From positions 1 to 47,092 of the forward strand of contig JBBQDV010000001.1 in NCBI GenBank assembly GCA_038320005.1: a stretch of 47,092 nt of DNA, in the 5' to 3' direction. How positions within the stretch are numbered: position 1 is the stretch's first letter; every line of letters begins with the position of its first letter. Position numbers and translations under genes: made by a program. Shown in pieces: positions 28,611 to 39,218 of the stretch. The notes below the pieces were generated by a model. It had not been told where the DNA came from. It searched no databases and saw only the letters and a list, made by a program, of their open reading frames with translations. This stretch comes from Cyanophyceae cyanobacterium. GTDB lineage: Bacteria; Cyanobacteriota; Cyanobacteriia; Cyanobacteriales; SIO1D9.

Positions 28611-28655
28611 TGGGTTATGAGTTTAGGGTTCAGAGTTCAGAATGGAGAATAGGGG
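28611..28655. repeat. STRR-like heptamer block, an inverted copy of the 26465-26520 block
   Basis: Reads tgggtt atgagtt tagggtt cagagtt cagaatg gagaata gggg. This is similar to the reverse complement of the first block (ttgggtt cagggtt cagggtt atgagtt cagggtt gggagaa ttgagaa). It starts immediately after the OYE stop codon. Confidence 0.8.
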
Positions 28656-28831
28656 AACTTTAGCAACTTTAAGCAAAAGAAGAGAGAAAAGAGAGTTATC
28701 AATTTGCTATCAGCTGAAGGGTCTATATTGAAAAATGGCTAAATAAGCTATAATCATTTGTTTGGACATTTCCGTTAAATGTTTGCCCTGTTTGTTAAAA
28801 TCAAAACACGATTATCTATAGGAGACTATTT

Positions 28832-29134
28832 ATGGCAAAGAAAAATATGATTGAGCGGGAAAAGAAACGTCAACGTACGGTCGAAAAGTATGCTGATCAA
28901 CGTAATGAATTACTAGAACAATTCAGAACCGCAAAAAATCAACGGGAAAGACTGGTAATCCACCGTCAGATTCAACAGCTACCCCGTGATAGCGCACCAA
29001 CCAGAGGACGCAATCGTTGTTGGGTGACTGGACGTTCTAGAGGCTACTACCGTGATTTTGGCTTATCTCGCCATGTCTTACGAGAGTGGGCGCACAAAGG
29101 GCTACTTCCTGGAGTTGTTAAGTCAAGTTGGTAG
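28832..29134 (+). CDS. rpsN: 30S ribosomal protein S14
   Basis: 100 aa: [13 protein letters not shown]...[36 protein letters not shown]. Confidence 0.96.
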   Translation: MAKKNMIEREKKRQRTVEKYADQRNELLEQFRTAKNQRERLVIHRQIQQLPRDSAPTRGRNRCWVTGRSRGYYRDFGLSRHVLREWAHKGLLPGVVKSSW

Positions 29135-29135
29135 A

Positions 29136-29468
29136 TTAGGTTTGTCCACAACAGCGATCAATGCCCAAACTATCTAAGATTAGATCACTAACGGCATTCG
29201 CGATCGCGAACTCACTATAAAAACTTGCGCTAAAATCGAACGCTTGCATTTCAGTCACAATAGCAATAACCAACGCTCCCAAATCATTTTCTCCCTCCAA
29301 ACGTTGGCGAAGAAAGATTTGGGCTGCACGTTGGGCTATCTCCTGGTTAACGGCTTCAGGAATAAACTCCTCATTTAGCCACTGTTGTAGAGACTGTCGT
29401 AACCATTCCTTCTCCTGTTGGGGTTCTTGGATGGGAGGTAAAGTAATTGGTGCAATTGGTTCAGCCAT
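29136..29468 (-). CDS. hypothetical protein (110 aa)
   Basis: Clean ORF with an ATG start and a HIP1 site inside. It is acidic and helical and ends in CCGQT. I recognise no family. Confidence 0.6.
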   Translation of the reverse strand: MAEPIAPITLPPIQEPQQEKEWLRQSLQQWLNEEFIPEAVNQEIAQRAAQIFLRQRLEGENDLGALVIAIVTEMQAFDFSASFYSEFAIANAVSDLILDSLGIDRCCGQT

Positions 29469-29553
29469 CTTTCTATCCCTGTTATATCAAGAGCGATAAT
29501 GCTCATTTTAACAACAATAGTATTGCTTTTTAATTGTTAATTTCATTAGCATC

Positions 29554-30132
29554 ATGGATAAGATTCAAACTGGAATTATCATGCAGGGATACCTCCAAGG
29601 CTATTTTCTCATGGCAGATGAAAAAGGAGAACTAGGTTGGTATAGTAGTCAGGAACGAGCCATAATCCCCCTAGATGAGCGATTCCGCTATCCAAAATCC
29701 TTAAAACGAAGTTTGAACCAAGAACGCTTCCAAGTTGCCATTAACCGCGATTTCGAGGCAGTGTGCGCAGGTTGTGCTAACCGCGAATCTACTTGGATTT
29801 CCCCAGAACTGCAAGAAGTTTACCTAAACTTAAATAAAGCTGGATTTGCCCATAGCTTTGAAACTTGGCAGGGGGATGAACTAGCTGGAGGGATTCTCGG
29901 TATTACCTACGGGGGCGCATTTTGGGGAGAATCGATGTTTTTTAACATTCCTGAAGGCTCTAAAGTTGCTATGGTAAAGTTAGTTGAACATTTAAAGTCG
30001 CGCAACTTCTTTCTCTTTGATGCCCAAATGCAAAACCCCCATCTAGAAAGATTTGGAGCTTATACCCTCACCGATGACAAGTATCAAGATATGCTTCTCT
30101 ACGCCACCCACCTTAATTGTAAATTCATTTAA
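29554..30132 (+). CDS. aat: leucyl/phenylalanyl-tRNA--protein transferase
   Basis: Motifs [10 protein letters not shown]...[27 protein letters not shown] and GESMFF. Length 192 aa. Confidence 0.88.
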   Translation: MDKIQTGIIMQGYLQGYFLMADEKGELGWYSSQERAIIPLDERFRYPKSLKRSLNQERFQVAINRDFEAVCAGCANRESTWISPELQEVYLNLNKAGFAHSFETWQGDELAGGILGITYGGAFWGESMFFNIPEGSKVAMVKLVEHLKSRNFFLFDAQMQNPHLERFGAYTLTDDKYQDMLLYATHLNCKFI

Positions 30133-31282
30133 CTTCTAGCACTGCTTGTCTTGCCCAAATATCCGCGGAAATAATCTCCTCTAAACTAGGATGAGCTTGA
30201 TTTTTGCCATGATAGCGATCGCAAACCTTTTCAATTACTCTAGGAATATCAATAAACTGAATCTTCTCTTCTAAAAATAGAGCCACCGCTTGTTCATTCG
30301 CAGCATTTAAGACCGCAGGCATAGAACCACCCGCCCGTCCCGCAGCATAAGCTAATTGCATACAAGGATACTTAGCATGGTCTGGTTCTCTAAAAGTTAA
30401 ACTCCCAGCCTTGACTAAATCTAACTGTTCCCAATCCGTAGGCAGCCTCTCAGGATAAGATAACGCATAGAGAAGGGGTAAGCGCATATCCGCCCAACCC
30501 AATTGAGCCAACACCGAAGTATCTTGTAATTCAATTAAAGAGTGGATAATACTTTGAGGATGAATAACAATATCAATATGGTCATAGTCCACCCCAAACA
30601 AATAATGCGCCTCAATCACCTCCAGACCCTTATTCATCAGAGTAGCGGAATCAATAGTTATCTTTTGACCCATTGACCAATTTGGATGCTTGAGAGCGTC
30701 TTGTACCGTTACCCCTGCTAACTTCTCCACAGGTAAATCTCGAAAAGAACCCCCCGAAGCTGTCAGAATAATCCTTTTTAAACCGCCTTCTGGTACACCT
30801 TGAAGACACTGAAAAATCGCCGAGTGTTCCGAATCAGCAGGAAGTAACTTAACTTGATGTTTTTCTACTAAAGGTAAAACCACAGGTGCGCCAGCAATCA
30901 GAGTTTCCTTATTAGCCAAAGCAATATCTTTACCTGCCTTAATCGCTGCTATCGTTGGTAATAAACCTGCACAGCCCACAATTCCCGTTACAACACTTTC
31001 TGCATCACCATAAGCAGCAACTTCTTCTACTCCTTCCTCTCCTGCCACAATAATAGGAGGATTATCTAGAGACGCGATCGCGTCTTTCAATTGGGGTAAT
31101 TTTTCTAAGTTACAAATTGCAACTATTTCAGGATTAAACTCATTAATCTGCTCAATCAGTAAAGATACATTATTTCGGGTTGCTAAACCAACAATGCGGA
31201 ATTGTTCAGGATATTGACGCGCGATATCTAGGGTTTGAGTCCCAATAGAACCAGTTGAACCGAGAATCGTAATAGCTTTCAC
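30125..31282 (-). CDS. dxr: 1-deoxy-D-xylulose-5-phosphate reductoisomerase
   Basis: Motifs [42 protein letters not shown] and NKGLEVIEA. Confidence 0.97.
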   Translation of the reverse strand: MKAITILGSTGSIGTQTLDIARQYPEQFRIVGLATRNNVSLLIEQINEFNPEIVAICNLEKLPQLKDAIASLDNPPIIVAGEEGVEEVAAYGDAESVVTGIVGCAGLLPTIAAIKAGKDIALANKETLIAGAPVVLPLVEKHQVKLLPADSEHSAIFQCLQGVPEGGLKRIILTASGGSFRDLPVEKLAGVTVQDALKHPNWSMGQKITIDSATLMNKGLEVIEAHYLFGVDYDHIDIVIHPQSIIHSLIELQDTSVLAQLGWADMRLPLLYALSYPERLPTDWEQLDLVKAGSLTFREPDHAKYPCMQLAYAAGRAGGSMPAVLNAANEQAVALFLEEKIQFIDIPRVIEKVCDRYHGKNQAHPSLEEIISADIWARQAVLEVK

Positions 31283-31414
31283 AGTCTTTTCTTCTTGTTA
31301 AATGGATCGTCACCTTTAGGATAATACCAAGGCGATGTTCACCCTGCGCGGTTTTAGCTTTAATAGCGCAACAAGTCCATATAAATTCTAATCCCGATGA
31401 GGGAGCGAAACAGT

Positions 31415-32161
31415 CTAAACAGTAACGATAGAGACAGAATCATCTTCCGTCACATCCTCATGAATCCCCTTTAAAGCCGTTTCCAAATCCTCAGTCAGCT
31501 TAACCCCACTTTTCTTACCCCCATTTTTGTAATAGTCCTTTACACCAATCGGTTCACTAATCCCGATAGTGACATCACAGCCCCAGGATGGATAGAGTTG
31601 GGAATAACGGATGCTAATGGGAACAATCTTAATATCTTCCTCAATTTGTGCTTGGGCTTGTAGCGCAATGCGGGCTAACCCAGACTTGAGAGGCTTAACG
31701 TACCTTTCGCGAAAGATATCCCCTTCAGGGAAAATAACTAACATTTCACCTGCACATAATAACTTAATGCTATGGCGAAAAGTGCCAAGACTAGGTTGGC
31801 GAGGGTTAACGGGGAATCCCCCCAAATGTTTAACAAACCAGCCCTGTATCCCCTTTATTTCATCTATGCTGACCATGTAGTGTAAATCTCGTCCTGTAAC
31901 ATAGCGACCCGTAGTGTAGGGAACTAACAACGCATCCCAACGAGAACAATGAGTGGGCGCAAGTATGACTGGATTGTTTCGGGGAATATTTTCTTGTCCT
32001 GTTACGGTGATATTCCTAAAGTAGAAAGGAATCACAAGATGACGACCTAGAGGATATACTAAACTAGCTAACCAAGAGGATGTAGCAGATTCTACTTCAT
32101 TGTTTTTTTTGTCTTCTTTTTTATCTATGTTGCTATTAGAAGAATGATTATATTCGGTCAT
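31415..32161 (-). CDS. 1-acyl-sn-glycerol-3-phosphate acyltransferase family protein (PlsC-like)
   Basis: HX4D motif APTHCSRWDAL and block III VIFPEGDIFR. Confidence 0.82.
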   Translation of the reverse strand: MTEYNHSSNSNIDKKEDKKNNEVESATSSWLASLVYPLGRHLVIPFYFRNITVTGQENIPRNNPVILAPTHCSRWDALLVPYTTGRYVTGRDLHYMVSIDEIKGIQGWFVKHLGGFPVNPRQPSLGTFRHSIKLLCAGEMLVIFPEGDIFRERYVKPLKSGLARIALQAQAQIEEDIKIVPISIRYSQLYPSWGCDVTIGISEPIGVKDYYKNGGKKSGVKLTEDLETALKGIHEDVTEDDSVSIVTV

Positions 32162-32274
32162 TGGTTAGTTAAAAGTTAAAGTTTAAAATTCATCCTTTGA
32201 TATCTACTTCTACGGTAGATGCTACAAGCCCCTTTATCTCTACTTTAGGGACACTTGCTCAGTTGTCAAGGGAA

Positions 32275-32766
32275 TTAACGCTTTTGGGCAAACCACAACT
32301 GTAATTGCTCACGACAAGATGATTCTAAAATACCTGCAATCACAGGTAAATTATGATGGCAACAGTCACTATCTGGTAAATTAGTCACTGTCCGAATTGC
32401 TCCTGTTTTCGGGTCATCTGCGCCATAGACAAGTAAACCTAGTCTCGCTTGCGCGATCGCGCCCGCACACATGGGACAAGGTTCTAAGGTGACGTAGAGA
32501 GTACAATGGTTTAAATGCCAGTTTTGTAATTGTCGAGCAGCAGAGCGAATTGCTAAAATTTCAGCATGGGCAGTGGGATCTTTGTCCTGTTCTTTCCTAT
32601 TCCTCGCCGAAGCAATTAACTTTCCCTCTTGGTCAATGATAACTGCACCCACTGGTACATCGCCACAATCTCCAGCTTCTCGAGCCAACCTTAAAGCCTG
32701 TTGCATCCATTTTCGATGGATTAGGTAGATAGGATTATTAATCACAACTAATGGTTCAATAAACAA
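32275..32766 (-). CDS. tadA: tRNA adenosine(34) deaminase
   Basis: Motifs WMQQALRLAREA, VPVGAVI, HAEILAIR (HAE) and LEPCPMCAGAI (PCxxC). The track start is TTG. The conserved W precedes the first internal ATG, so a non-ATG start is plausible. Confidence 0.92.
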   Translation of the reverse strand: MFIEPLVVINNPIYLIHRKWMQQALRLAREAGDCGDVPVGAVIIDQEGKLIASARNRKEQDKDPTAHAEILAIRSAARQLQNWHLNHCTLYVTLEPCPMCAGAIAQARLGLLVYGADDPKTGAIRTVTNLPDSDCCHHNLPVIAGILESSCREQLQLWFAQKR

Positions 32767-32894
32767 AAGTAGTCAGGTCAAACCCCTAATATGGCAACTA
32801 TATTAGTTTAAACTCCGTCTTAGTTAGTAAAGGTAAAGGGCGTTTCTTTTGCCTCCTCCAACTTCAATATACCCTGAATCAAAGACTGAATAAT

Positions 32895-33746
32895 ATGTTT
32901 AAAAAAATCTCTTTATCCCTAAAACGCTCTCAGCGTCGTCTTATTTATTTCCTTATCTCTCTTTTCACAGCTTTGGGTTTAGTGGTCGGAACTGCTCAAC
33001 CTGGCTATTCTTTTTCCTGGCTAGAGCTTCTCTTTCGAGGGGCGCAGATTATCCAAATGTCAAACATGACGGATAGCCAAGAAGTAAATCTCGGTAAACA
33101 GATTAACCAACGATTAATTAGTAGTCGTCAGATTCGCTTGTACGACAACAGACAAATTAATGCTTATGTAGATCAAATTGGACAAAAATTAGTCCCCAAT
33201 AGTAATCGTCCTGATATTCCTTACACCTTCCAAGTAGTGAAAGATGATGCGGTCAACGCCTTTGCGACAATGGGGGGCTACAACTATGTAACCACAGGAC
33301 TAATCAAAGCCGCAGATAATGAAGCAGAACTCGCTAGTGTTATCTCCCACGAAATTGCCCATATCACCGAACGTCATGCAGTTAAGCAAATGCGACAACG
33401 AGCGGTAGCAAGCGGTCTCTTATCCGCAGCAGGACTAGATCAAAATGCTGCGGTAAATATTGGGGTTGAACTTGCTTTGCAACGTCCTAACAGCCGTCAA
33501 GATGAGCTAGAAGCAGATACAGAAGGCTTAAAAACCCTGCGAAATACTGGTTATGCTCCTTCCGCCTTCGCCAGCTTTATGCAGAAACTCCAACGCAATA
33601 GTAACGCGCCCAATTTCTTGAGTACCCATCCTTCTCCAGAAAACCGAGTTGAGCGTTTACAAGCAGGGATTGATCCAGCCACTGCTCAGATTGGTAGAGG
33701 CTTAGATCAAGCAGTTTATCGTCAAAATATCAGTCCTCTTCTCTAG
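32895..33746 (+). CDS. M48-family zinc metallopeptidase
   Basis: N-terminal signal/TM segment, HEIAHITERH (HExxH) and a downstream E..AD motif. Confidence 0.85.
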   Translation: MFKKISLSLKRSQRRLIYFLISLFTALGLVVGTAQPGYSFSWLELLFRGAQIIQMSNMTDSQEVNLGKQINQRLISSRQIRLYDNRQINAYVDQIGQKLVPNSNRPDIPYTFQVVKDDAVNAFATMGGYNYVTTGLIKAADNEAELASVISHEIAHITERHAVKQMRQRAVASGLLSAAGLDQNAAVNIGVELALQRPNSRQDELEADTEGLKTLRNTGYAPSAFASFMQKLQRNSNAPNFLSTHPSPENRVERLQAGIDPATAQIGRGLDQAVYRQNISPLL

Positions 33747-33774
33747 TCTAACTGGGCAATCCTTTGGGTTTGTC

Positions 33775-34524
33775 CTAAGAGGATTGGGACATCATACTAC
33801 GGTGGAGCATCTGTGCTGGATTTACTTTCACCGTAGCTTCTGCTAGGGGTAGTTGGCGTGTAGTCCCCTTAAAGACGTTAGCTTGATAAACTTCTTTGTT
33901 GGTGAGATCGAGGGCGGTAAGCCAACCACTCAGAGGGTGATAAGCCCCAGTGTCAATATTTAACCAGCCTTCACCTTGAGCAAGTTGACCTGGAAATACG
34001 CCTGAGAGGGTAAAGGTAATGGTGTGACCCGTAATAATCAGCTTATCGGGGAAATAGGGTTTTCGCAGAGAATGAAACTCTTCGCGCACCCAACAAAAAT
34101 GCTCTTGAGTTTGCTTTTCTAAAGCGATTTGAGGATGAACCCCTGCATGAACTAACCAAAATTCGCCTAAATCTAGATACAAAGGCAAACGCTTTAACCA
34201 GTCTAAGTGTTTCTTCGGCACACCCTGTCCATAACTTGCGACGGTTTCTCGTCCAATTCGAGATGCCCAAGACGAGAAATGTTCTACCGAAACTCGTTCT
34301 CCCCCCAAAACTTCTAGTAACATCTGTTCATGATTGCCCAGGAGGCAAGGATAACCTGAATTCATGACGAAATCAACTACTTGCGCACTTTTCGGTCCGC
34401 GGTCAATTAAGTCTCCAAGGAAATAAACTTGGTCTTCTTTACTAGGGGCAACTTTTTCGAGTAGAGTGATTAGGGTATCGTAGTGACCGTGTACATCACC
34501 TATAACTATTTGACGTTGAGTCAT
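33775..34524 (-). CDS. metallophosphoesterase (PPP-family Ser/Thr phosphatase or ApaH-like)
   Basis: Motifs VIGDVHGHYDTL, FLGDLIDRGP, LLGNHE and ITGHT. Confidence 0.85.
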   Translation of the reverse strand: MTQRQIVIGDVHGHYDTLITLLEKVAPSKEDQVYFLGDLIDRGPKSAQVVDFVMNSGYPCLLGNHEQMLLEVLGGERVSVEHFSSWASRIGRETVASYGQGVPKKHLDWLKRLPLYLDLGEFWLVHAGVHPQIALEKQTQEHFCWVREEFHSLRKPYFPDKLIITGHTITFTLSGVFPGQLAQGEGWLNIDTGAYHPLSGWLTALDLTNKEVYQANVFKGTTRQLPLAEATVKVNPAQMLHRSMMSQSS

Positions 34525-34713
34525 ATTGATTGTTTTATTAAGCTCTATGTAACTGGAAGAATTTACGCTTCATGACTTTTTCGGGAAAGCCCTGATAGAT
34601 TTTAATCATTCTAGAAAGTTTTTACATCTTTCTAAAAGGTGACGAGAAAAAAATAGGTTAAGTTTCAATTAACTAAATAAGGATTTCAGACGCAAGTAAA
34701 ATTTTTATTCACA

Positions 34714-35985
34714 ATGGCTAATCAGAATCAGATGCAATGGCTTAATGCAATTTCAACTCGCCCTTCTTTAGAAGCAGCAGTAGCGGAGGTGACTGTTGAG
34801 ATTGAGAAGAACTTATCAGGAAGACCAGATTTAGGAATCATTTTTATCTCTTCTGCTTATAAGAGCGAGTATCCACGGTTAGTTCCTTTAATTTTAGAAC
34901 GACTGTCTTTACCTATTCTCATCGGTTGTGGTGGTGGTGGTATTGTGGGGATGACTTCGGAGGAAAAGGCTTTAGAGACAGAGAGTAACCCAGCTTTGAG
35001 TTTAACGGTTGCTTGTTTACCAGGGGTTGAGGTCAAGGCTTTTCATACTCTTGCTAGTGATTTACCAGATTTGGATAGTTCCCCGACAGCTTGGGAAGAG
35101 GTTATTGGTATTGCTGCGGACAAGGAACCTCAGTTTATTTTACTGGGTGAACCTTTTTTTGCGAAGATGAATGATTTCCTCGCAGGGTTGGATTTTGCTT
35201 ACCCTCAATCCCAAAAGTTGGGAGGGTTAGCTAGTACGGGAATGAGGGGAAATAGTAGTGGCTTATTTTTTCATCAGGAAGGTTATTTAGGCTCACATTT
35301 GCGCTCGGAGGGGATGATTGGTGTGGGTTTAAGTGGCAATATTATTTTAGAGACGATTGTTGCTCAAGGCTGTCGCCCGATTGGAAAACCTTTACAAATT
35401 ACCAAAGGGGAGCGCAATATTGTTTTAGAGTTGGCAGAACTAGATAGTAGTAGTGGTCGTTCTTCTCTGGTAATGTTGCGGGAGTTGATGGAGACTTTGA
35501 GTGAGGAAGATCGTCTTCTGGCGCAAAGTTCTCTGTTTATTGGTATTGCCCAAACTGAGTTTAAGATTAGTTTAGAACCTGGGGATTTTCTGATTCGGAA
35601 TCTGCTGGGGGTTGATCCGAAGGTGGGCGCGATCGCGATTGGAGATCGAGTTCGTCCAGGACAGCGGATTCAAATGCACTTACGGGATGCGGATACTTCT
35701 GCTGAAGATTTGGAGTTTCTTCTCAAACGTTACCTACTAGAGAAAGGACAACCTGATCAGGTAGTTGGGGCGTTGATGTTTTCCTGTTTAGGGCGAGGGG
35801 AAGGACTCTATGGTGAACCTAATTTTGATTCTGGACTGTTCCATCATTACTTTCCCAAAGTACCTTTAGGGGGGTTCTTCTGTAATGGGGAAATTGGTCC
35901 AGTTGGGGGTCAAACTTTCTTACATGGCTATACATCTGTCTTTGGTATGATTCGTCAACGAGATCTTGCGGAAGATGGGAGCTAG
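34714..35985 (+). CDS. FIST-domain sensory protein (FIST_N plus FIST_C)
   Basis: About 420 aa with the typical FIST C-terminal pattern GALMFSCLGRGE.LYG....D......F...PLGGFFCNGEIGPV. Confidence 0.75.
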   Translation: MANQNQMQWLNAISTRPSLEAAVAEVTVEIEKNLSGRPDLGIIFISSAYKSEYPRLVPLILERLSLPILIGCGGGGIVGMTSEEKALETESNPALSLTVACLPGVEVKAFHTLASDLPDLDSSPTAWEEVIGIAADKEPQFILLGEPFFAKMNDFLAGLDFAYPQSQKLGGLASTGMRGNSSGLFFHQEGYLGSHLRSEGMIGVGLSGNIILETIVAQGCRPIGKPLQITKGERNIVLELAELDSSSGRSSLVMLRELMETLSEEDRLLAQSSLFIGIAQTEFKISLEPGDFLIRNLLGVDPKVGAIAIGDRVRPGQRIQMHLRDADTSAEDLEFLLKRYLLEKGQPDQVVGALMFSCLGRGEGLYGEPNFDSGLFHHYFPKVPLGGFFCNGEIGPVGGQTFLHGYTSVFGMIRQRDLAEDGS

Positions 35986-36002
35986 ATGAAGATAAGCAAA
36001 AA

Positions 36003-37187
36003 TTAATTAAAGGTTGGTCTAAACTGGGTCATTTCTTTGACTTTACGTAAAGATTGGATATTCGCGATCGCGCTTTCTCCCACCTGATCAATTTCCGCGA
36101 TCGTATTAAACCGCCCAATTCCGAAGCGAATGGAAGCATAAGCCAAATAATCATCATGTCCTAACGCCTTGAGAACATGGGAAGGTTTAGTTGATTCCGA
36201 AGAACAAGCTGAACCCGAAGACACCGCCACAATCCTTTGCAAACCTAGCAGTAAAGCAGCCCCATCCACACCTTCGACACTAATATTGAGATTCCCTGGT
36301 AATCGCTGCGTTGGGTGTCCATTTAAAATCACCCCCTCTAACTGACTCAATTTCTGCCAAAGTCTCTCTCGCAGTTCTATTTGCCTCTGTGCTTCTGCCT
36401 CCATCTCAGCAAGTCCCACCTCAACCGCTTTAGCAAAACCGACAATTTGAGGCGTGTAGAGAGTTCCTGAGCGCATATTTCGCTCCTGTCCCCCCCCTTG
36501 TAACTGTGGGGCTAACCGAACTCGCGGATTGCGTCGGCGCACATATAAAGCCCCAATACCTTTACAACCATAAACCTTATGGGCTGTCAGGGACATTAAA
36601 TCAACTTGCATTTCTTCCACATCTAAAGGAATTTTACCAATCGCCTGAGCAGAATCCGTATGAAAAAATACTTCCCTCTCACGACAAATCGAGCCAATTT
36701 CAGCAATCCGTTGAATAACACCAATCTCATTATTAGCCGTCATGACAGAGACGAGAATTGTCTCAGGACGAATTGCTTTTTTTAGTTGGTCTAAATCCAC
36801 TAAGCCATCAGCTTGGACGGGTAAAAAAGTGACCTCAAACCCCAGAGTTTCCAAATAGTGACAAGGATCTAAAACCGCCCGATGTTCCGTTTGCAGGGTA
36901 ATCAGGTGTCGTCCTTTACTGAAATACGCCTCAGCTATCCCCTTAATCGCCAGGTTATTCGCCTCTGTCGCGCCACTGGTAAAGACGATTTCTTCTGGAG
37001 TCGCGTTAATTGCATCCGCAATCATTTCCCGCGCTTGTTTGACCGCAGCTTGTGCTTCCCAACCGTAAGCATGACCAATACTGGAAGGATTACCAAAGCT
37101 TTCACTAAAGTAGGGTAACATTGCTTCTAGTACCCTTTCATCTACGGGGGTAGTCGCATGGCAGTCGAGATAAATCGGACGTTGCAT
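36003..37187 (-). CDS. class I (NifS/IscS-type) cysteine desulfurase
   Basis: Motifs IYLDCHATTP, FTSGATEANN, SLTAHKVYG (the PLP lysine) and SSGSACSS (the catalytic Cys loop). Confidence 0.93.
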   Translation of the reverse strand: MQRPIYLDCHATTPVDERVLEAMLPYFSESFGNPSSIGHAYGWEAQAAVKQAREMIADAINATPEEIVFTSGATEANNLAIKGIAEAYFSKGRHLITLQTEHRAVLDPCHYLETLGFEVTFLPVQADGLVDLDQLKKAIRPETILVSVMTANNEIGVIQRIAEIGSICREREVFFHTDSAQAIGKIPLDVEEMQVDLMSLTAHKVYGCKGIGALYVRRRNPRVRLAPQLQGGGQERNMRSGTLYTPQIVGFAKAVEVGLAEMEAEAQRQIELRERLWQKLSQLEGVILNGHPTQRLPGNLNISVEGVDGAALLLGLQRIVAVSSGSACSSESTKPSHVLKALGHDDYLAYASIRFGIGRFNTIAEIDQVGESAIANIQSLRKVKEMTQFRPTFN

Positions 37188-37378
37188 TTGAGATTACTAT
37201 TGCTAAACTAAACAGCTTTAATTGTCTTGATCTTGACACAATCTTTACTTAATTGCGGTTTCCTAGCAGCAAATTTCCTCAAATAATAAATATCGAGGGA
37301 AATTTGCTGTAAAGTATCGGAGGACAGGATATTATGCCTGTAGAAGAAAGATACTATAGCTAAACAAGAGTTACTTCT

Positions 37379-37768
37379 ATGAGTGCGCTTCAATATCAAG
37401 AATCTCCAAGAAAACGGCAATCTGGACAAGTTATTCCCTTACGTCCGCGCCAGTCTAAAGCTTCTCACTGGGTAGTTACCGCAGAAGTCGGGGCAAAAGT
37501 CTTAGTAAACGGGGTTTTGTCCGCTGTAGCAGTAACCACTTTAGTTAATCTTCTCCCTTACTATTTATCACAGCAAGCAAAGTTACAAGAGGTTCAAAGT
37601 GAGGTACAGCAGACTTCCGCCCAGGTAAACCAGTTACAAGAGGAATTTATTTATACTTTTGATCCTCAGCAAGCAAGACGGGTTATGCAGGCGCAGAGTG
37701 GACGGGTTGACCCCCATCAGCGTCAGATTGTCTTGATTGACAAGAAGGAAAAGATCGGAGGCTATTGA
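37379..37768 (+). CDS. hypothetical membrane-anchored coiled-coil protein (FtsB/DivIC-like topology)
   Basis: Basic N-terminus, one TM segment (VLVNGVLSAVAVTTLVNLL), then a Gln-rich heptad region (QQAKLQEVQSEVQQTSAQVNQLQEE). The functional assignment is speculative. Confidence 0.55.
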   Translation: MSALQYQESPRKRQSGQVIPLRPRQSKASHWVVTAEVGAKVLVNGVLSAVAVTTLVNLLPYYLSQQAKLQEVQSEVQQTSAQVNQLQEEFIYTFDPQQARRVMQAQSGRVDPHQRQIVLIDKKEKIGGY

Positions 37769-37797
37769 AGCCTCTTACAATGGTTTATTTAGTAATC

Positions 37798-37986
37798 TCA
37801 ATTTCGAGGTGGAATTGAGTAGATGTTTTGTGGTAATGCTTCAGGGACATTGGGAAAAGATGAATAATAGGAAATGACGAAAGGTGGTAATGCTAGGGTC
37901 AGAAGCGCGATCGCGCTTCCTAAGAATATTGCCCATTTACGTTGAGGAGGTTCGGTCGCATTACCAGACGGACTACTGGATTCCAT
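37798..37986 (-). CDS. small hypothetical membrane protein (62 aa)
   Basis: ATG start, one hydrophobic segment (WAIFLGSAIALLTLALPPFVI), and a HIP1 site inside. It could be spurious. Confidence 0.35.
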   Translation of the reverse strand: MESSSPSGNATEPPQRKWAIFLGSAIALLTLALPPFVISYYSSFPNVPEALPQNIYSIPPRN

Positions 37987-38183
37987 AAATTAACAAAATT
38001 CAATAAATGTGGGATTAGTTGGCTTACTGGCTAAAATTTGCGAGAGAGCGAGATACACTCTTAAATTCTAACGACTGAATTTAAAAGAAATGTCTTTTAG
38101 ATAACTAATTTAGTAAAATCTATCGGAAGATAGAAGTTGGGGAAATTAAAGTCTGAATGAATAGGTAGAATTGTTAATTTTAA

Positions 38184-39218
38184 CTAAGATTTTGCTATTA
38201 GCCCCAGGACTTCGCCACTTCCTGTAACAACTTCCCCGAAGGAATAAGCAGCAATTTGTTGGGAAGCAAGCAAATTTAGGATCTCAGCAACAGCAGTCGG
38301 GGGAACAATCACCACAAAACCAATCCCCATGTTAAAGGTTTCAAACATAGCAGCAGGACTTACTTCCCCAACTTCCGCTAACCACTGAAATACGGGGGGA
38401 AGATTCCAAGCAGTAGGATCAACTTGTACTGACTGATTTTGATTAAGACAACGGGGTAAATTTTCTGGTAGCCCACCTCCAGTAATGTGTGCCATGCCAT
38501 GAATCGGAATACCTGCACCCAAAGCAGCTAAAATGGGTTGGACATAGATTTGGGTCGGAGTGAGAAAGACTTCTCCTAAACTTTTCCCCTCTAGTAAAGT
38601 TGGCGAAGAATCCCAGGTTAAACCACTTTTTTCCACAATTTTGCGGACGAGGGAAAAGCCGTTACTGTGAACACCGCTACTTGGTAACGCGATCGCGATA
38701 TCCCCGACTTCCACTTGCGAACCATCAAGAAGTTGGCTTTTTTCCACAATTCCCACACAAAAGCCAGCAATATCATATTCCCCTGACGGGTAAAATCCTG
38801 GCATTTCTGCCGTTTCTCCCCCTAAAAGAGCGCAACCACTCTCTCTGCATCCCTGCGCGATACCAGCAACGACTTCTGCTAGTTGTTCTGGGTCGAGTTT
38901 ACCTGTTGCTAAATAGTCTAAGAAAAATAACGGTTCTGCCCCAGATGTGAGGATATCATTAACGCACATAGCCACTAAATCAATCCCCACGGTGTCGTGA
39001 CAATTAAGGGCTTGGGCGATTTTGAGCTTTGTTCCCACCCCATCTGTCCCTGAAACTAAGACAGGTTTTTTATATCCCGAGGGAATTTCAAAACAGCCAC
39101 TAAAGCCCCCTAAGCCAGCGAGGACTTCAGGACGATAGGTACTTTTTACAGAGGTACTGATTTTATCAACAAAATTTCGCCCCGCTTCGATATCAACCCC
39201 TGCTTCTCGATAATCCAT
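38184..39218 (-). CDS. purM: phosphoribosylformylglycinamidine cyclo-ligase (AIR synthetase)
   Basis: Motifs [38 protein letters not shown] and GGETAEMPG. Confidence 0.96.
   Translation of the reverse strand: MDYREAGVDIEAGRNFVDKISTSVKSTYRPEVLAGLGGFSGCFEIPSGYKKPVLVSGTDGVGTKLKIAQALNCHDTVGIDLVAMCVNDILTSGAEPLFFLDYLATGKLDPEQLAEVVAGIAQGCRESGCALLGGETAEMPGFYPSGEYDIAGFCVGIVEKSQLLDGSQVEVGDIAIALPSSGVHSNGFSLVRKIVEKSGLTWDSSPTLLEGKSLGEVFLTPTQIYVQPILAALGAGIPIHGMAHITGGGLPENLPRCLNQNQSVQVDPTAWNLPPVFQWLAEVGEVSPAAMFETFNMGIGFVVIVPPTAVAEILNLLASQQIAAYSFGEVVTGSGEVLGLIAKS

Noticed and set aside
36003-37187. The cysteine desulfurase, considered as a possible DndA partner for the DndE-like gene.
   Set aside because: It is 28 kb away with many housekeeping genes in between and looks like a standard NifS/IscS-type enzyme. 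Nothing in the sequence links it to the DndE-like gene.
37208-37429. 73-aa minus-strand ORF in the desulfurase upstream region. The analogous small intergenic ORFs at 10174-10365 and 17172-17390 were treated the same way.
   Set aside because: They overlap neighbouring gene starts or promoter regions, have odd composition and match no family. They are most likely non-coding.
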